Below are positions 1 to 10,320 of a DNA stretch of 64,000 nucleotides, in pieces. Position numbers and translations under genes: made by a program. Source of the stretch: Candidatus Poribacteria bacterium (GTDB lineage: Bacteria > Poribacteria > WGA-4E > WGA-3G); NCBI GenBank assembly GCA_965197475.1, contig CBDANF010000003.1:864001-928000 (forward strand), written 5' to 3'. The notes below the pieces were generated by a model. It was not told where the DNA came from. It saw only the letters and a program-made list of their open reading frames with translations, and did no database searches. Positions within the stretch are counted from its first letter, which is position 1. Every line of letters begins with the position of its first letter.

Positions 1-486
1 GAACGTATCCAACCCGACACCACTGAAGTAGAAAAAATGGTTGCTGAACACGGAGAATACCTCTTTTTTGACAGCAAAGCAAAACAGAAGTACTGCTGTG
101 ACATCCGCAAAATCAAACCCATGCAACAACTTTTAGAAACATTAGATGTGTGGATTACTGGCACGCGGAGAGATCAATCTGAAACACGACAAAATTTCCA
201 GAAGGCAGAAGTCATTTCATCTACAATGCATTCTATCCTTAAGGTGAGTCCATTAATTCACTGGACAACTGAACAGGTGTGGGAATTTGTGCGTGAAAAC
301 GATGTTCCTGTGCATCCGCTTTTTAAACCGGATGCACACGGACACTACTTTGAATCACTCGGATGTATGACTTGTACAACGCGAATCCAACCGGGCGAAC
401 CTAAACGTGCAGGTCGATGGCGTTGGCAAAACGCAACAGATACTGATGAAAACAGTAAAGAGTGTGGATTACACTATGCTATTTAA
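1..486 (+). CDS. cysH: PAPS/APS reductase, 5'-truncated by the window edge
   Basis: Motifs CCDIRKIKP, WITGTRRDQS, SLGCMTCT, RAGRW and C-terminal ECGLH. The frame is open from base 1. The CC...CxxC cysteines suggest the Fe-S (APS reductase) type. Confidence 0.9.
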   Translation, partial: ERIQPDTTEVEKMVAEHGEYLFFDSKAKQKYCCDIRKIKPMQQLLETLDVWITGTRRDQSETRQNFQKAEVISSTMHSILKVSPLIHWTTEQVWEFVRENDVPVHPLFKPDAHGHYFESLGCMTCTTRIQPGEPKRAGRWRWQNATDTDENSKECGLHYAI

Positions 487-577
487 TATCTAAACACTAC
501 GGCGGATTTTCGTGCCGCCATTATGATACATAACATAAAGGATGGTGTCAGTAACTGACCCGATAAAGGAGGAAAAT

Positions 578-865
578 ATGGCTATCACAGTTCGTATTCC
601 AACCCCGCTGAGACGTTTGACACAGAATCTCGCGGAGGTTGAAACAGAAGGTACCAATATTCATGCCATCATTGAAAATTTGGACTCAGATTATCCAGGG
701 ATGAAAGAACGTCTCTGTGATGAGGACGGAAATATCCGTAGGTTTGTGAATATCTATCTCAATGACGAGGATATCCGTTTTCTTGATGGAAAAGAGACAC
801 CTGTATTAGATGGAGCTGAAATTTCAATAATTCCTGCCATTGCTGGTGGAAGAAACCTTTCTTAA
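578..865 (+). CDS. MoaD/ThiS/CysO-family ubiquitin-like sulfur carrier with a C-terminal extension after GG
   Basis: VRIPTPLR...RRFVNIYLNDEDIRFL...IIPAIAGG-RNLS. AGGAGG RBS at 567-572 supports ATG 578. Confidence 0.9.
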   Translation: MAITVRIPTPLRRLTQNLAEVETEGTNIHAIIENLDSDYPGMKERLCDEDGNIRRFVNIYLNDEDIRFLDGKETPVLDGAEISIIPAIAGGRNLS

Positions 866-915
866 ATAGTATTTCGTGTAAGGGCGGATCTCCTATCCGT
901 CCTTATGCGATTAAT

Positions 916-1956
916 AGACATTATAACTAATTAGTTGTCCGTTTGGTTAGTCTCTATTATACTTATTACAATCGGACAATAGGAGGCTAACTCATGATAA
1001 GTTTTCAAGAACTAAGGGACAAACCTGATACGCTCCTGTCCCTCACCGGATATACCTTAGAAGATTGGACTGAACTATCACCTTATTTTACTAAATGTTT
1101 TTTAGAGTATGTTCAAACACATACCCTTGCAGGAAAACCGCGCAAAAAACGGAGATATAAACCGTATAAAAATAGTCGTTTTGATACACCTGAAGATATG
1201 TTGCTATTTATACTGATTTACCTTCGTGAAGCACCGAAACAAGTGCTATTCGGTGCGCTCTTTGGCATGTCTCAACCTCTTGCTAATAGATGGATTCACT
1301 TGCTTTTATCGATATTGAACAAAGCATTAGCAGAACTTGGAGAGTTGCCATCTCGGGAAACAGACCCCGCCCCTATATGTGCTCCATCAAAAGTATCAAC
1401 TCAAAATCAAGAAGGAGAACATTTTTTTCATGATAGCACCGAACGCCCGATACGACGCCCAAAAGACCCGTCAACTCAAAAGGCGTATTATAGTGGTAAA
1501 AAGAAATGCCATACAGTGAAAAATAATCTGATTATCAATGAGACCTGCAAAGTCGTCCTATTGACACCTTCTTTTGAAGGAAGACACCCTGACAAACACA
1601 TAGCCGATATGGTGGGCTATTGTGTGCCACAGGGTAGCACATTGTCCCAAGATACCGGTTTTCAGGGTTTCGTTCTCCCGGATATAAACATCATTCAACC
1701 GAAGAAAAAACCGAGAGGTAGAGAACGGACGAATGAAGAAAAAGAAAACAATAGAAAGATAGCGTCTATACGCATACGCGTTGAACATGCGATTAGTGGT
1801 GTCAAAAGATGCCGCATTGTCAAAGATAAACTCAGGAATTGGAAGAAAGGGTTTTGTGATTTAGTTATGGAAACTTGTTGTGGTTTACACAACTTCCGAC
1901 TAAACTTTAGACCCTCGCGTTATGAAACTCCTGTTATTTAAATCATTATAATGTCT
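916..1956 (+). mobile_element. IS5-family (ISL2-like) insertion sequence, 1041 bp
   Basis: Inverted ends AGACATTATAA (916-926) and TTATAATGTCT (1946-1956), flanked by AAT on both sides, enclosing a DDE transposase. Confidence 0.85.
994..1941 (+). CDS. DDE transposase (HTH_Tnp_4 + DDE_Tnp_4 type)
   Basis: DSTERPIRRP, YYSGKKKCHTVK, QDTGFQG and RIRVEHAI; the DDE triad appears intact. Confidence 0.9.
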   Translation: MISFQELRDKPDTLLSLTGYTLEDWTELSPYFTKCFLEYVQTHTLAGKPRKKRRYKPYKNSRFDTPEDMLLFILIYLREAPKQVLFGALFGMSQPLANRWIHLLLSILNKALAELGELPSRETDPAPICAPSKVSTQNQEGEHFFHDSTERPIRRPKDPSTQKAYYSGKKKCHTVKNNLIINETCKVVLLTPSFEGRHPDKHIADMVGYCVPQGSTLSQDTGFQGFVLPDINIIQPKKKPRGRERTNEEKENNRKIASIRIRVEHAISGVKRCRIVKDKLRNWKKGFCDLVMETCCGLHNFRLNFRPSRYETPVI

Positions 1957-1980
1957 AATACATAAGATTATCACAATAAT

Positions 1981-2694
1981 ATGGTAACTTTGCTTCCGAA
2001 AACCCTTGATGATATCTGCGACCACGCTAAGAAACAATTTCCTGATGAATGCTGCGGTGTAATATTGCAGGCAGGGACGCATGAATTTGTCAGACCGTGC
2101 CGCAATATTCAAAATGAGATGCATAGGGACGACCCTACTGCATATCCGCGCGATGCTCGTACAGCCTACTTAATGCACCCCGATGATTTAATTTCTATCC
2201 ATAAAGAGGCAGAAACACAACAGCGACCGATTAAGGCGTTTTACCATTCCCACCCGAACCACGAAGCATACTTCTCTGAGAAGGATAAATCGGACGCAAT
2301 GATGCGGGGGGAACCCGCATATCCAGGTGTAGCATATCTCGTCATCTCTATTTACGAAGACACAATTCGCGTTGTCAAAGCTTTTGAGTGGGACGAAGTC
2401 GCATCGGATTTTATTGAGACTCCAGTCCAAACGATTCCATCCGGAGCGATCCAAGCGACCTCTTTAAAGGTGCGTCTGACTTTTCCGCCCGAAAAAATCA
2501 CTGAACCTATTATTTACAACATCGGACAACAATTCCGTGTAGTTACCAATATCCGTCGCGCTAACGTGACAGAGGAGTCGGGGTGGATCATGTTAGAAAT
2601 ACGTGGTTCTTCCGATGAAATTGAACGTGCTATTGATTACCTAAAAAACATCAATGTCCAGGTTGAGCCTGTTGAAGGCGATGTTGTCCAATAG
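1981..2694 (+). CDS. JAB/MPN+ (Mec-like, M67) metallopeptidase fused to a C-terminal NIL domain
   Basis: PDECCG and HSHPNHEAYFSEKD (JAMM motif). The C-terminus VRLTFP...EPIIYNIG...VTNIRRANV...GWIMLEIRG is NIL-like. Confidence 0.85.
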   Translation: MVTLLPKTLDDICDHAKKQFPDECCGVILQAGTHEFVRPCRNIQNEMHRDDPTAYPRDARTAYLMHPDDLISIHKEAETQQRPIKAFYHSHPNHEAYFSEKDKSDAMMRGEPAYPGVAYLVISIYEDTIRVVKAFEWDEVASDFIETPVQTIPSGAIQATSLKVRLTFPPEKITEPIIYNIGQQFRVVTNIRRANVTEESGWIMLEIRGSSDEIERAIDYLKNINVQVEPVEGDVVQ

Positions 2695-2854
2695 GTCATT
2701 ATTCCTGAATGTTCCCAAGTTCCGTTATAACCCATCAAAATTCACTTTTTTTCTTGAATTTAATATGAAAATAAGTCATAATTAAGATCGAATCTAACAC
2801 ATTGTTCCGAAAAACAACGAATTTGACTTAATCACTACCATTACGGAGCGGATA

Positions 2855-3475
2855 TTGAAAAATAGGTTGGGAGTAATCCAATTTCTATTATGTCTCATCA
2901 TCAGCAGCAGTTTCGTAGGGTGTGATGCTCCTAACACCAAAAAACAACCTTACGAAACACTCGTTTTTAATGTTGATGAAACCCAACTTGAACCTGTGAT
3001 AACGGATACAGTCCTCAAGATCAAAATAGCCTCACCGAAAAATTGGAAGATGATTGACAATTCAATGCTCACGCAAGTTGTTAACGAGTTGGATACCCAA
3101 CTCATGGGTGAACTAAAACTCGTTCCACGATGGATATTTTTAAATGAAGGTTCGCGTGCGATGTGTGTCGTGTCAAAGTTGGATGGTGTGGATATCGCGC
3201 CAGACGATAATTTATTAAAAACCCTTACGACTGCTTACCAAAATCAATTTCCAAATGCATTGGTTAAGCAAACAATTTTTATGAAAGATGCTTTCCGCGT
3301 CCATCAATTAATGGTTATTGCTACCGATTTTGTACTCATCAAACTGATTTGTGATGCACCCGAAACCCTCGTTTTTGAGGTTGATTACCGCATTCCTAGA
3401 GATGTCTACCAAATTGAACTGAAAGCAATTGAATCATCAATTGGTTCTATCAACCTAATCCAAAAACACCGGTAG
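2855..3475 (+). CDS. Hypothetical lipoprotein
   Basis: 206-aa ORF with a hydrophobic signal ending in FVGC; GGAG upstream of a TTG start. Confidence 0.6.
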   Translation: MKNRLGVIQFLLCLIISSSFVGCDAPNTKKQPYETLVFNVDETQLEPVITDTVLKIKIASPKNWKMIDNSMLTQVVNELDTQLMGELKLVPRWIFLNEGSRAMCVVSKLDGVDIAPDDNLLKTLTTAYQNQFPNALVKQTIFMKDAFRVHQLMVIATDFVLIKLICDAPETLVFEVDYRIPRDVYQIELKAIESSIGSINLIQKHR

Positions 3476-3512
3476 ATGTGCTTTGAAAGCACTTCGCCGA
3501 AAGGAGAAACTT

Positions 3513-3806
3513 ATGTTCAGAAAACTTTCTGCTGTCCTGCTTATCGTAGTTATCTTGTTTGTCATTGGTTGTGCCACACATGTTCACCAAGTCGGGAACG
3601 GTGCGCAAGGCAATGAAACTATGGAAGCACGTCAATGGTATATCTTGTGGGGGCTAGTCCCGATTAACAACGTCGACACAAACACCATAGCGGCTCAGAC
3701 AACCGATTATGAAATCACGACTTCAATGACACCAGTTGATTTCATCATCAATGTGGTTGCTGGTTCCATCACAGTCAATTGCAGGACGGTTATCGTTCGG
3801 AAATAA
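3513..3806 (+). CDS. Bor/Iss-like small lipoprotein
   Basis: Lipobox VIGC, WYILWGLVP motif and C-terminal RTVIV; AGGAG RBS before ATG 3513. Confidence 0.65.
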   Translation: MFRKLSAVLLIVVILFVIGCATHVHQVGNGAQGNETMEARQWYILWGLVPINNVDTNTIAAQTTDYEITTSMTPVDFIINVVAGSITVNCRTVIVRK

Positions 3807-3825
3807 CCGATAGCAGATTCGAGAT

Positions 3826-3880
3826 ATCAAAGGACAGAGCAAATGTCTGGTTTGTTTTGAAATTTGCTCTGGCCTTTGAT
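3826..3880. terminator. Long hairpin (19-bp stem, one mismatch) after the lipoprotein gene; terminator or REP-like
   Basis: ATCAAAGGACAGAGCAAAT...ATTTGCTCTGGCCTTTGAT. Confidence 0.5.
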
Positions 3881-4070
3881 TAAGCCTGCAACTATATTTA
3901 AAGAACCGTTTTCGTGCCGATATGTTATAATTGAGATAGAATAATTTGTAAAACTATTACTGCACCAATTGAACCTGAATTAAATCTGAAACCTTCTGAA
4001 CATTGCCTAAACATAACAACTTGAGTTATTTATTAAACATTAAATACTGTAGTACCATTAACATGAAAAT

Positions 4071-6386
4071 TTGATGCACATCCTGCAACCAGGACGGTTT
4101 CGTTCCCTCCAAAGATTTCTACCAGATTTTAATATAAGTTACAGTGTTCACCTCCGTCCTTACGTGCACATTATAACGATCTCAGCATTTTCCCTTGCAA
4201 TCGGATTAGGAATAGCACTTCACAACTATCTCGTATTTGAATTCCATGACAATTCGGGTGTAGTCGGGTGGGTAAGTGTTCACCAGTATCCAAAACAGCA
4301 AGAATTTTTATACTACCTACTCGCGCTTGTAGGAATTCCCATCATTATTTGGCTTTATTGGTTTGGATGGCTTACGTATTCACAATGGGCTGCCAAAGTA
4401 ACTAATCAATCGATACACCGTGTGTTGAGACTAAATGCACTTGCCTCAGTGCCATTGTGGTTAAGTTGGCTACAGATTTATAACTTTGATCAAGCAGGTT
4501 TTTTAGGATTAACGCTTCCAATCGGGTTAACGCTCTTATTTAAATTGGTTCTATTCGGTCTCAGGTTTCAGCCTATCGAAGGAAAACGCGATACGGTATC
4601 ATCAGAACCGCTCACCCTTCAAGATGGGAAAACGTCCACAATGCCGAGAGGTCTACGTTTACTTCTCCGCGGGTGTGAATACATTCTTCTCCCCATTTTT
4701 ATCTACTTGCTCATGTATAACGGTAATATTAATGGGGGCATTGATATGTTCCATGAAGGTGAGCGGCTTGCCCCTCTGAATGAGATGCTCCATGGTGGAG
4801 TAGTCTTCAGTGATGTCTATGTCCAACATGGGCTTTTTCAGAATGCGTATTTAGCGTGGTTTGGCAGTAAAATCTTTGAACCGACACTGATGGGGGTGCG
4901 CTCTATGGAACGCGTCTTGGGTCCACTCGGTTACATTGCGCTATATCTGCTCGGTTTGCAAGTATTTCGTGGAAGATTTTTAACCGCCTTTATCTGTTTC
5001 CTCATCGCTTCTGGAAGCAATTTTTCAGTATCACCAAGACATTGTCTCGGTTTACTCAGTTTCGTTTGTGTTGCTAATTATCTAACGTCCCATCGCGAGA
5101 AAGGACTTTTTCTCCCTTGGCAACGCAATTTGTCTGAAAAACCGACATGGGTCTCGTTTCTCTTTAAGTTTGGTTGGAAACTTATTCTGGCGGGATTTTT
5201 TACAAGTTTGGCGTTCTGGTACAGTACTGAAGTTGGCTTGTATACGCTCGGTGCTATCAGTCTTTTTCTGATGAGTTACTGCTTACAACGTAGGATTCAA
5301 ATACACCTACGACCTTTGCCGTTAATCAGTTATTATAGTGGACTTCTATTGGGTTTTCTTCCAGTGGCAATCTATTTTCTGGCACACGGTGCGTTGGACG
5401 ATGCTATCTGGAATTCGTATATTCAGTGCAAATACCAGATTGCCACGTGGGGTCTCAAATTTCCATCTCTATCGGGAACCCTCTCTATCTTATTAGAAGA
5501 AGGATGGCAGGCGTTTTTCCTCAGCGGAGGATTTCGATGGTATCTTCCGATCTGTATTTTCATGTTTACTGCGGCATTCCTTACATATCGACGGTTATGT
5601 AGAAGTAATGTACCCCCAGACGACGCGCTGAAACTTCTACTCCTGTTACTTGGCGGTATTGCATTTTTCCGTACTGCGCTCGGTAGATCGGATGGCGGAC
5701 ATTTAAATTTTGGTGCTACCTTTCTGTGGCCGCTCTGTCTGTTCCCGTTAGACAGAGGTATATCAGAAATGCTCAGCAAACTTTTTGGTGGAGAAATGGG
5801 AGAAGGTTTTCGTTCGCGTCTCTCTTTACTGACAGATAAAGCGCGCTGGCAACGTGCCTTGAAAGCAGCGTGGATACTTATTCCAACAGCAATGTGTATC
5901 TGGTATGTTGGCGCGGTTCATCATCCACTGAATGGTTTTAGCAACAAATGGGATCGGATGCTTGCAAACCAATTTAAACAGAGCATTGCAACTGAGGAAT
6001 TGGAACGCGCAGGGAACGTTGATCTCCCGGATAATCAGGTTGAACAGATTCAAAAGGTGGTGGCTTACATTCAGGAAAACACTGCGTCAGATGAAAAAAT
6101 CTTTGATTTTACAAGTCAGGGGGCATATTTTTTCTTTGCAAACCGACCAAGTGTCACCCGATTTCACATGGTCTCGTATGCATCAACACCAGGGATGCAG
6201 CGCGAGGTGATCTCATCCTTGGAAAGCGATCAGACGCGGTTGGTTATTTTCAAGACAGGGGGTTGGTTTGACAATGTAGACGGTATCCCTGTTGAGGAAC
6301 GGCATCCACTTATCGCACAATACTTGGAAGATAACTATGAACTTGCTATTGATATTAATGGGGCAGAGATTTTGTTGCGCAGATGA
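4071..6386 (+). CDS. Large polytopic membrane protein, possibly GT-C glycosyltransferase-like
   Basis: 771 aa with many TM segments, a DMFHEG loop motif, ALGRSDGGH, and a soluble C-terminal domain. Confidence 0.55.
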   Translation: MMHILQPGRFRSLQRFLPDFNISYSVHLRPYVHIITISAFSLAIGLGIALHNYLVFEFHDNSGVVGWVSVHQYPKQQEFLYYLLALVGIPIIIWLYWFGWLTYSQWAAKVTNQSIHRVLRLNALASVPLWLSWLQIYNFDQAGFLGLTLPIGLTLLFKLVLFGLRFQPIEGKRDTVSSEPLTLQDGKTSTMPRGLRLLLRGCEYILLPIFIYLLMYNGNINGGIDMFHEGERLAPLNEMLHGGVVFSDVYVQHGLFQNAYLAWFGSKIFEPTLMGVRSMERVLGPLGYIALYLLGLQVFRGRFLTAFICFLIASGSNFSVSPRHCLGLLSFVCVANYLTSHREKGLFLPWQRNLSEKPTWVSFLFKFGWKLILAGFFTSLAFWYSTEVGLYTLGAISLFLMSYCLQRRIQIHLRPLPLISYYSGLLLGFLPVAIYFLAHGALDDAIWNSYIQCKYQIATWGLKFPSLSGTLSILLEEGWQAFFLSGGFRWYLPICIFMFTAAFLTYRRLCRSNVPPDDALKLLLLLLGGIAFFRTALGRSDGGHLNFGATFLWPLCLFPLDRGISEMLSKLFGGEMGEGFRSRLSLLTDKARWQRALKAAWILIPTAMCIWYVGAVHHPLNGFSNKWDRMLANQFKQSIATEELERAGNVDLPDNQVEQIQKVVAYIQENTASDEKIFDFTSQGAYFFFANRPSVTRFHMVSYASTPGMQREVISSLESDQTRLVIFKTGGWFDNVDGIPVEERHPLIAQYLEDNYELAIDINGAEILLRR

Positions 6387-6465
6387 AGGTTGAACTTGAT
6401 AGGGTGGGAATTCGTGGGAAGTGAGCGGATAAAGCCGCGCTTGCAGAAAAGTAAACTGTCTGCTG

Positions 6466-7536
6466 CTATATGTTCTCTTGTTGTGCGACAAAAATGCGGT
6501 AGATGTCTTCAAACAGTCTCACATCTGTTAGGGTATCTTCAGCAGATGAACGGAACGGTTCGGGGTTGTGTAGGTTTTTAATGAAATATTCCGCTTCTCT
6601 ATGATATGCCCATGTCCAGGAGGGTCTGGGAATTGGTCGTGTAACCTCCTGCTCTTCTCCAGCGCGATAAATTTCAACCTCTGCAGGTGTGTTCTTCAGC
6701 AACAGCGGCGGTGCCCAAGTATGAATCCACCCGTGCTGAAAGTAAATCTGTGAATGCTCATCCCAACGGTAATGCGAAACATGCCCGGTTTCCAGTGTTA
6801 CTCGTGTGCCACCCATATCAAAAATTACAACGCCTGTATATCCGTTTTCATTCAAATCAACCGCTTTCACGGTAACATTGTCACCAGCATCAAGAAGCCA
6901 TCGCATTAGATTGATATTGTGCGTGTACTGCTGAAGGTATCCGATGTATGCTCCCCTCCATTTTTCTGGAAGCCAGTCGGGGAATTTCTGCGGTGCGCTC
7001 GGTTTCGGTTCATCCGTACTGTCCATAGGCGTATCAAGATTGCACACCCAATCCCCGCCAAAGCCGTGATTTCGTGCATAAGTTAAGCGTCCGAGTTCAT
7101 CGGTTTCACGGAATTGGGTGATCTTCGCCTTGACAATCTCGTTGCCAGCATCATAACGTTTCATGTAGCCTACCATCAGCTTTTTACCGGATTCTTTTGA
7201 GGCATCAACAATCGCCTGTGCTTGTTCAACTGAAACAGCCATCGGTTTTTCCATAAAGACGTGTTTTCCCGCACGCAAGAGGTCTTTTGCAATCTCACCC
7301 TGCAAGGCGAAATCGGCGGAAACTGCAACCGCTTCAATATCGGCGTTTTGGGCAAGTTCAGTGTGGTCTCGATAGAGATGCGGAATTCCGAACCGCTTTT
7401 GGACTTTTTCACCGAGTTCAGAACGCATCTCTGCAAGTCCAACAATTTCACACTCAGGAATACTCGCAAAATTTGGGATATGCACCTTCTGTGCCATAAA
7501 CCCACAGCCGATATAACCGATTTTAACTTTTTCCAT
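6466..7536 (-). CDS. Gfo/Idh/MocA family oxidoreductase
   Basis: IGYIGCGFMA, GKHVFMEKPMA, VGYMKRYD. Confidence 0.9.
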   Translation of the reverse strand: MEKVKIGYIGCGFMAQKVHIPNFASIPECEIVGLAEMRSELGEKVQKRFGIPHLYRDHTELAQNADIEAVAVSADFALQGEIAKDLLRAGKHVFMEKPMAVSVEQAQAIVDASKESGKKLMVGYMKRYDAGNEIVKAKITQFRETDELGRLTYARNHGFGGDWVCNLDTPMDSTDEPKPSAPQKFPDWLPEKWRGAYIGYLQQYTHNINLMRWLLDAGDNVTVKAVDLNENGYTGVVIFDMGGTRVTLETGHVSHYRWDEHSQIYFQHGWIHTWAPPLLLKNTPAEVEIYRAGEEQEVTRPIPRPSWTWAYHREAEYFIKNLHNPEPFRSSAEDTLTDVRLFEDIYRIFVAQQENI

Positions 7537-7980
7537 TTAGCGGTCTCCTTCGTCCACAAGCGATTCTATCTGATCTACTGCTGTTTGCGCACCTTCCCGC
7601 ACAAGCGCGGAGGCATCATTCTGTGCCAGCTGCTTGAGTTTGTTGAGGCTAAGCTTAGCTTCCAATTTGCCGAGTGCAACCGCAATGAAATAACGAACAT
7701 CAGCATCCTCATCGTCAAGAGCGTCAAGTAGTGCTTCTGTATCAGAAAGAGAGGCAAGATGCCGTTCCACATCACCGATATTAATCAACGATTGTGCCGC
7801 TATACGTCGAGAGTGGATATCACCATAACGTAAGGACACAAGTAATTCGTCATTACCCGCGGAAATTGTCTTAAGAGTATCCCAATCACAATCCAAACAA
7901 AACCATGAATTTCCGCCTAACTGCTGGACGTTTGCATTGCCACACTTAGGGCATTCCCCAAATTCCTGTTGTCGATTCAT
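7537..7980 (-). CDS. Zn-ribbon + HEAT-repeat protein
   Basis: CPKCG...WFCLDC followed by HEAT-like LDDEDADVRYFIAVALG. The ATG at 7980 overlaps the upstream stop (ATGA). Confidence 0.7.
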   Translation of the reverse strand: MNRQQEFGECPKCGNANVQQLGGNSWFCLDCDWDTLKTISAGNDELLVSLRYGDIHSRRIAAQSLINIGDVERHLASLSDTEALLDALDDEDADVRYFIAVALGKLEAKLSLNKLKQLAQNDASALVREGAQTAVDQIESLVDEGDR

Positions 7981-8369
7981 GAGGGACCTATTGCCTCCAA
8001 TTCTGGTAAATCTCGCCAAATTTCTGGACCTTCTGGCTTGAAATTAATTGTTGCGATGAACTGCATGCCGTGATAGAAGTTGATTTTGAACTTGCCGCCG
8101 CCGAAATTCTGTTTGAGGTAATCCAAAGGTGCATCAATTAGCGGACCCATTTCATCTGCGTAATAGAAAACGAGCGGTTTGAACCGAACAGTGTTACCTA
8201 CAGGTTCTTGCACCAAAAGCTGCGCGGAAGTGGCAGGAAAGAGCACCTGAAAGGCATCCCATAGATCAGCAACAGTAGGGTTCGGTTTCCCGATTCGCTT
8301 TTTGAAATCGTTTTCAAGATATTCAGAGAACGTGTTAAAAACCCAGTCCATGATTTGTGTCCTTTTCAA
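7977..8369 (-). CDS. Hypothetical protein
   Basis: 130-aa ORF coupled to the downstream gene. Confidence 0.6.
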   Translation of the reverse strand: MKRTQIMDWVFNTFSEYLENDFKKRIGKPNPTVADLWDAFQVLFPATSAQLLVQEPVGNTVRFKPLVFYYADEMGPLIDAPLDYLKQNFGGGKFKINFYHGMQFIATINFKPEGPEIWRDLPELEAIGPS

Positions 8370-8394
8370 GTAATACCAATGGGATTTCGAGGTA

Positions 8395-8974
8395 TCAATC
8401 GAAATTAACGCGTGTATAGATGTCGCGCAAAGATAGTTTGCATCCGATGGAAGAGAGTGTTAGCGTGTCTTGAAGCGCGTGAAATTCCTTCGACTTCCAC
8501 GCTGCACCTTGAAGACGATGATGTTCAACATGCACCTTGTCTTGTGAAACGAGGATATATTCTTTCAGGATACTGTTGATAGTATTCGAACTTCTCACTT
8601 CTGTCATAAACTTCGGTTGAGGGTGAAAGCACCTCTATGATAACAACTGGATTGAGAAGTGTGTCAAAGGTTTCATCTTCAAATTCTGGTTCGCCGCAAA
8701 AAACGACTACATCCGGATAGAAATAGGAAACCATCGGACTTGTCTTCACACGCATATCGTTGGTAACAACTTCACACTCCTATCCTCTTAATTGGATGTT
8801 AAGTTCAGTGGCTATATCCAACGTAATGCGTGTATGCGCGAGACTTGCTCTGGACATCGCGAGTATCTCTCCGCTGAGGTATTCGCTTTTGAGCGTCTCC
8901 TTGCGTTCCAAAGACATATATTCCTCATGAGTAAAAAGGGTTTGTGCACCAAGAGATGACATGCGTGCCTCCAT
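8395..8974 (-). pseudogene. Uma2-family endonuclease pseudogene
   Basis: Three fragments (EYLSGEILAM; YPDVVV...IIEVLSPSTEVYDR; LKEYILVSQD) broken by an in-frame TAG at 8780 and a frameshift near 8575. Confidence 0.85.
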
Positions 8975-9126
8975 GGATATGATTATGGTCGATTATAAGA
9001 TTAAAGATACACGTTTGAATCAGCGCGCCTACCGGTATATGTAATATAACATTATAAGCCAGGAGCCTTCAAGAAGTCCTTCCAATCAAAATTCGGCAGA
9101 GGGAACTCCTCTGTAGCTTTACATTG

Positions 9127-9540
9127 TCAGAACGTGGCAGCTTTTTCAAAGAACTCAATATCCACGCGCTCAACTTGTGCGGAACGCGCATTCTCTGCCA
9201 CACGTTGAACCACCATCTCCCGCACAAACGGGATCGGAATCCGTTTAACCCGATGCACAACCTCTTCCGTACAAGGCACATTGGTGTTGTCAAGGAAAGG
9301 TCCATCCTGAGGGGCAACTTCAGCAGGATGATCACACGTCTCTGGCACAAGTTGCTGTAACCGCATAGAGACGTAATCGGTCACCCACTGTTGAAACTTT
9401 TCGGTGCTTTCAGATTCTGCAGCACTGACTTGTGGAGTCTGCTCCAACTTCTCATTAATACTGACAAGCAGATTTTCCAAACGTGCCAAACGGTCTTCAA
9501 CACTCGTGAGTCGTTCTTGAACGTTAATTTGGTCGCTCAT
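9127..9540 (-). CDS. Coiled-coil protein with a C-terminal PCP_red-like domain
   Basis: N-terminal heptads (ERLTSVEDRLARLE); C-terminal TEEVVHRVKRIPIPFVREMV...ARSAQVERVD. Confidence 0.7.
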   Translation of the reverse strand: MSDQINVQERLTSVEDRLARLENLLVSINEKLEQTPQVSAAESESTEKFQQWVTDYVSMRLQQLVPETCDHPAEVAPQDGPFLDNTNVPCTEEVVHRVKRIPIPFVREMVVQRVAENARSAQVERVDIEFFEKAATF

Positions 9541-9549
9541 GTTTCCTCC

Positions 9550-10269
9550 TTAAATTGTCCAATACTTCCAGAGGTCTTCTGGAATTTCATATCTAATTTC
9601 TTCACGCCGTTTATGGTGATAGCGTGCAAATATGCCGACACGTGGGATGTCCTTGATATTACCAGAACCTGTATGGCACAGATATGCGTGCCATAGCACA
9701 ACATCTCCAGCAGACGCTATAAATTCCCGCGCTCCCTCTGGCGATGAATCTGAAAAGATATTCCAACTCCAACCCTCAATATCTGTAAAACTACCATCAA
9801 CTTGTTCAGGATATTTAAGGAAGTATTGATGTGTTGTACGGTGGCTCTTAGGCCAAAAGACAAAAGCCCCACCACCGGGTTCAACATCGTATAGATAGGT
9901 TGTTGCTCCCATCATAAATGGACTCCATCCGCCGGGACCGTAAGCATCAATGTGTCCACCACCCGGCATTGACCATTCCGCATCCGGATTAGGCCATTTC
10001 ACAAGCGGTGCTCCGCCTCCACCTGTAAACTGACCGCCACCGAGTTGCTCAATAATCGCTTGCATTGCAGACAATTGTCCGAAATTTGGGGAAAAACCGA
10101 AGTTTTCCACCACATATTTGTCGGGCCAGGTGTCTGGAGTCTCTAAACTGGAATTGAAATGCTTCCAAATCTGTTCCCGCCACCCATCAATTACATCTGT
10201 ACCGATCAAGTTTTCAAGAATAAGATACCCGTTTTCCTGAAACAATTTCACCTGTTTTGCTGTTAGCAT
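9550..10269 (-). CDS. Phytanoyl-CoA dioxygenase (PhyH) family protein
   Basis: LTAKQVKLFQENGYL, HxD (HID), AGDVVLWH...HTGSGN...R. Confidence 0.85.
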   Translation of the reverse strand: MLTAKQVKLFQENGYLILENLIGTDVIDGWREQIWKHFNSSLETPDTWPDKYVVENFGFSPNFGQLSAMQAIIEQLGGGQFTGGGGAPLVKWPNPDAEWSMPGGGHIDAYGPGGWSPFMMGATTYLYDVEPGGGAFVFWPKSHRTTHQYFLKYPEQVDGSFTDIEGWSWNIFSDSSPEGAREFIASAGDVVLWHAYLCHTGSGNIKDIPRVGIFARYHHKRREEIRYEIPEDLWKYWTI

Positions 10270-10320
10270 ACAAGTTTCCTCTATTGTTAAGGCATAAGAG
10301 TTTTGACCTTGCCTAAAATC

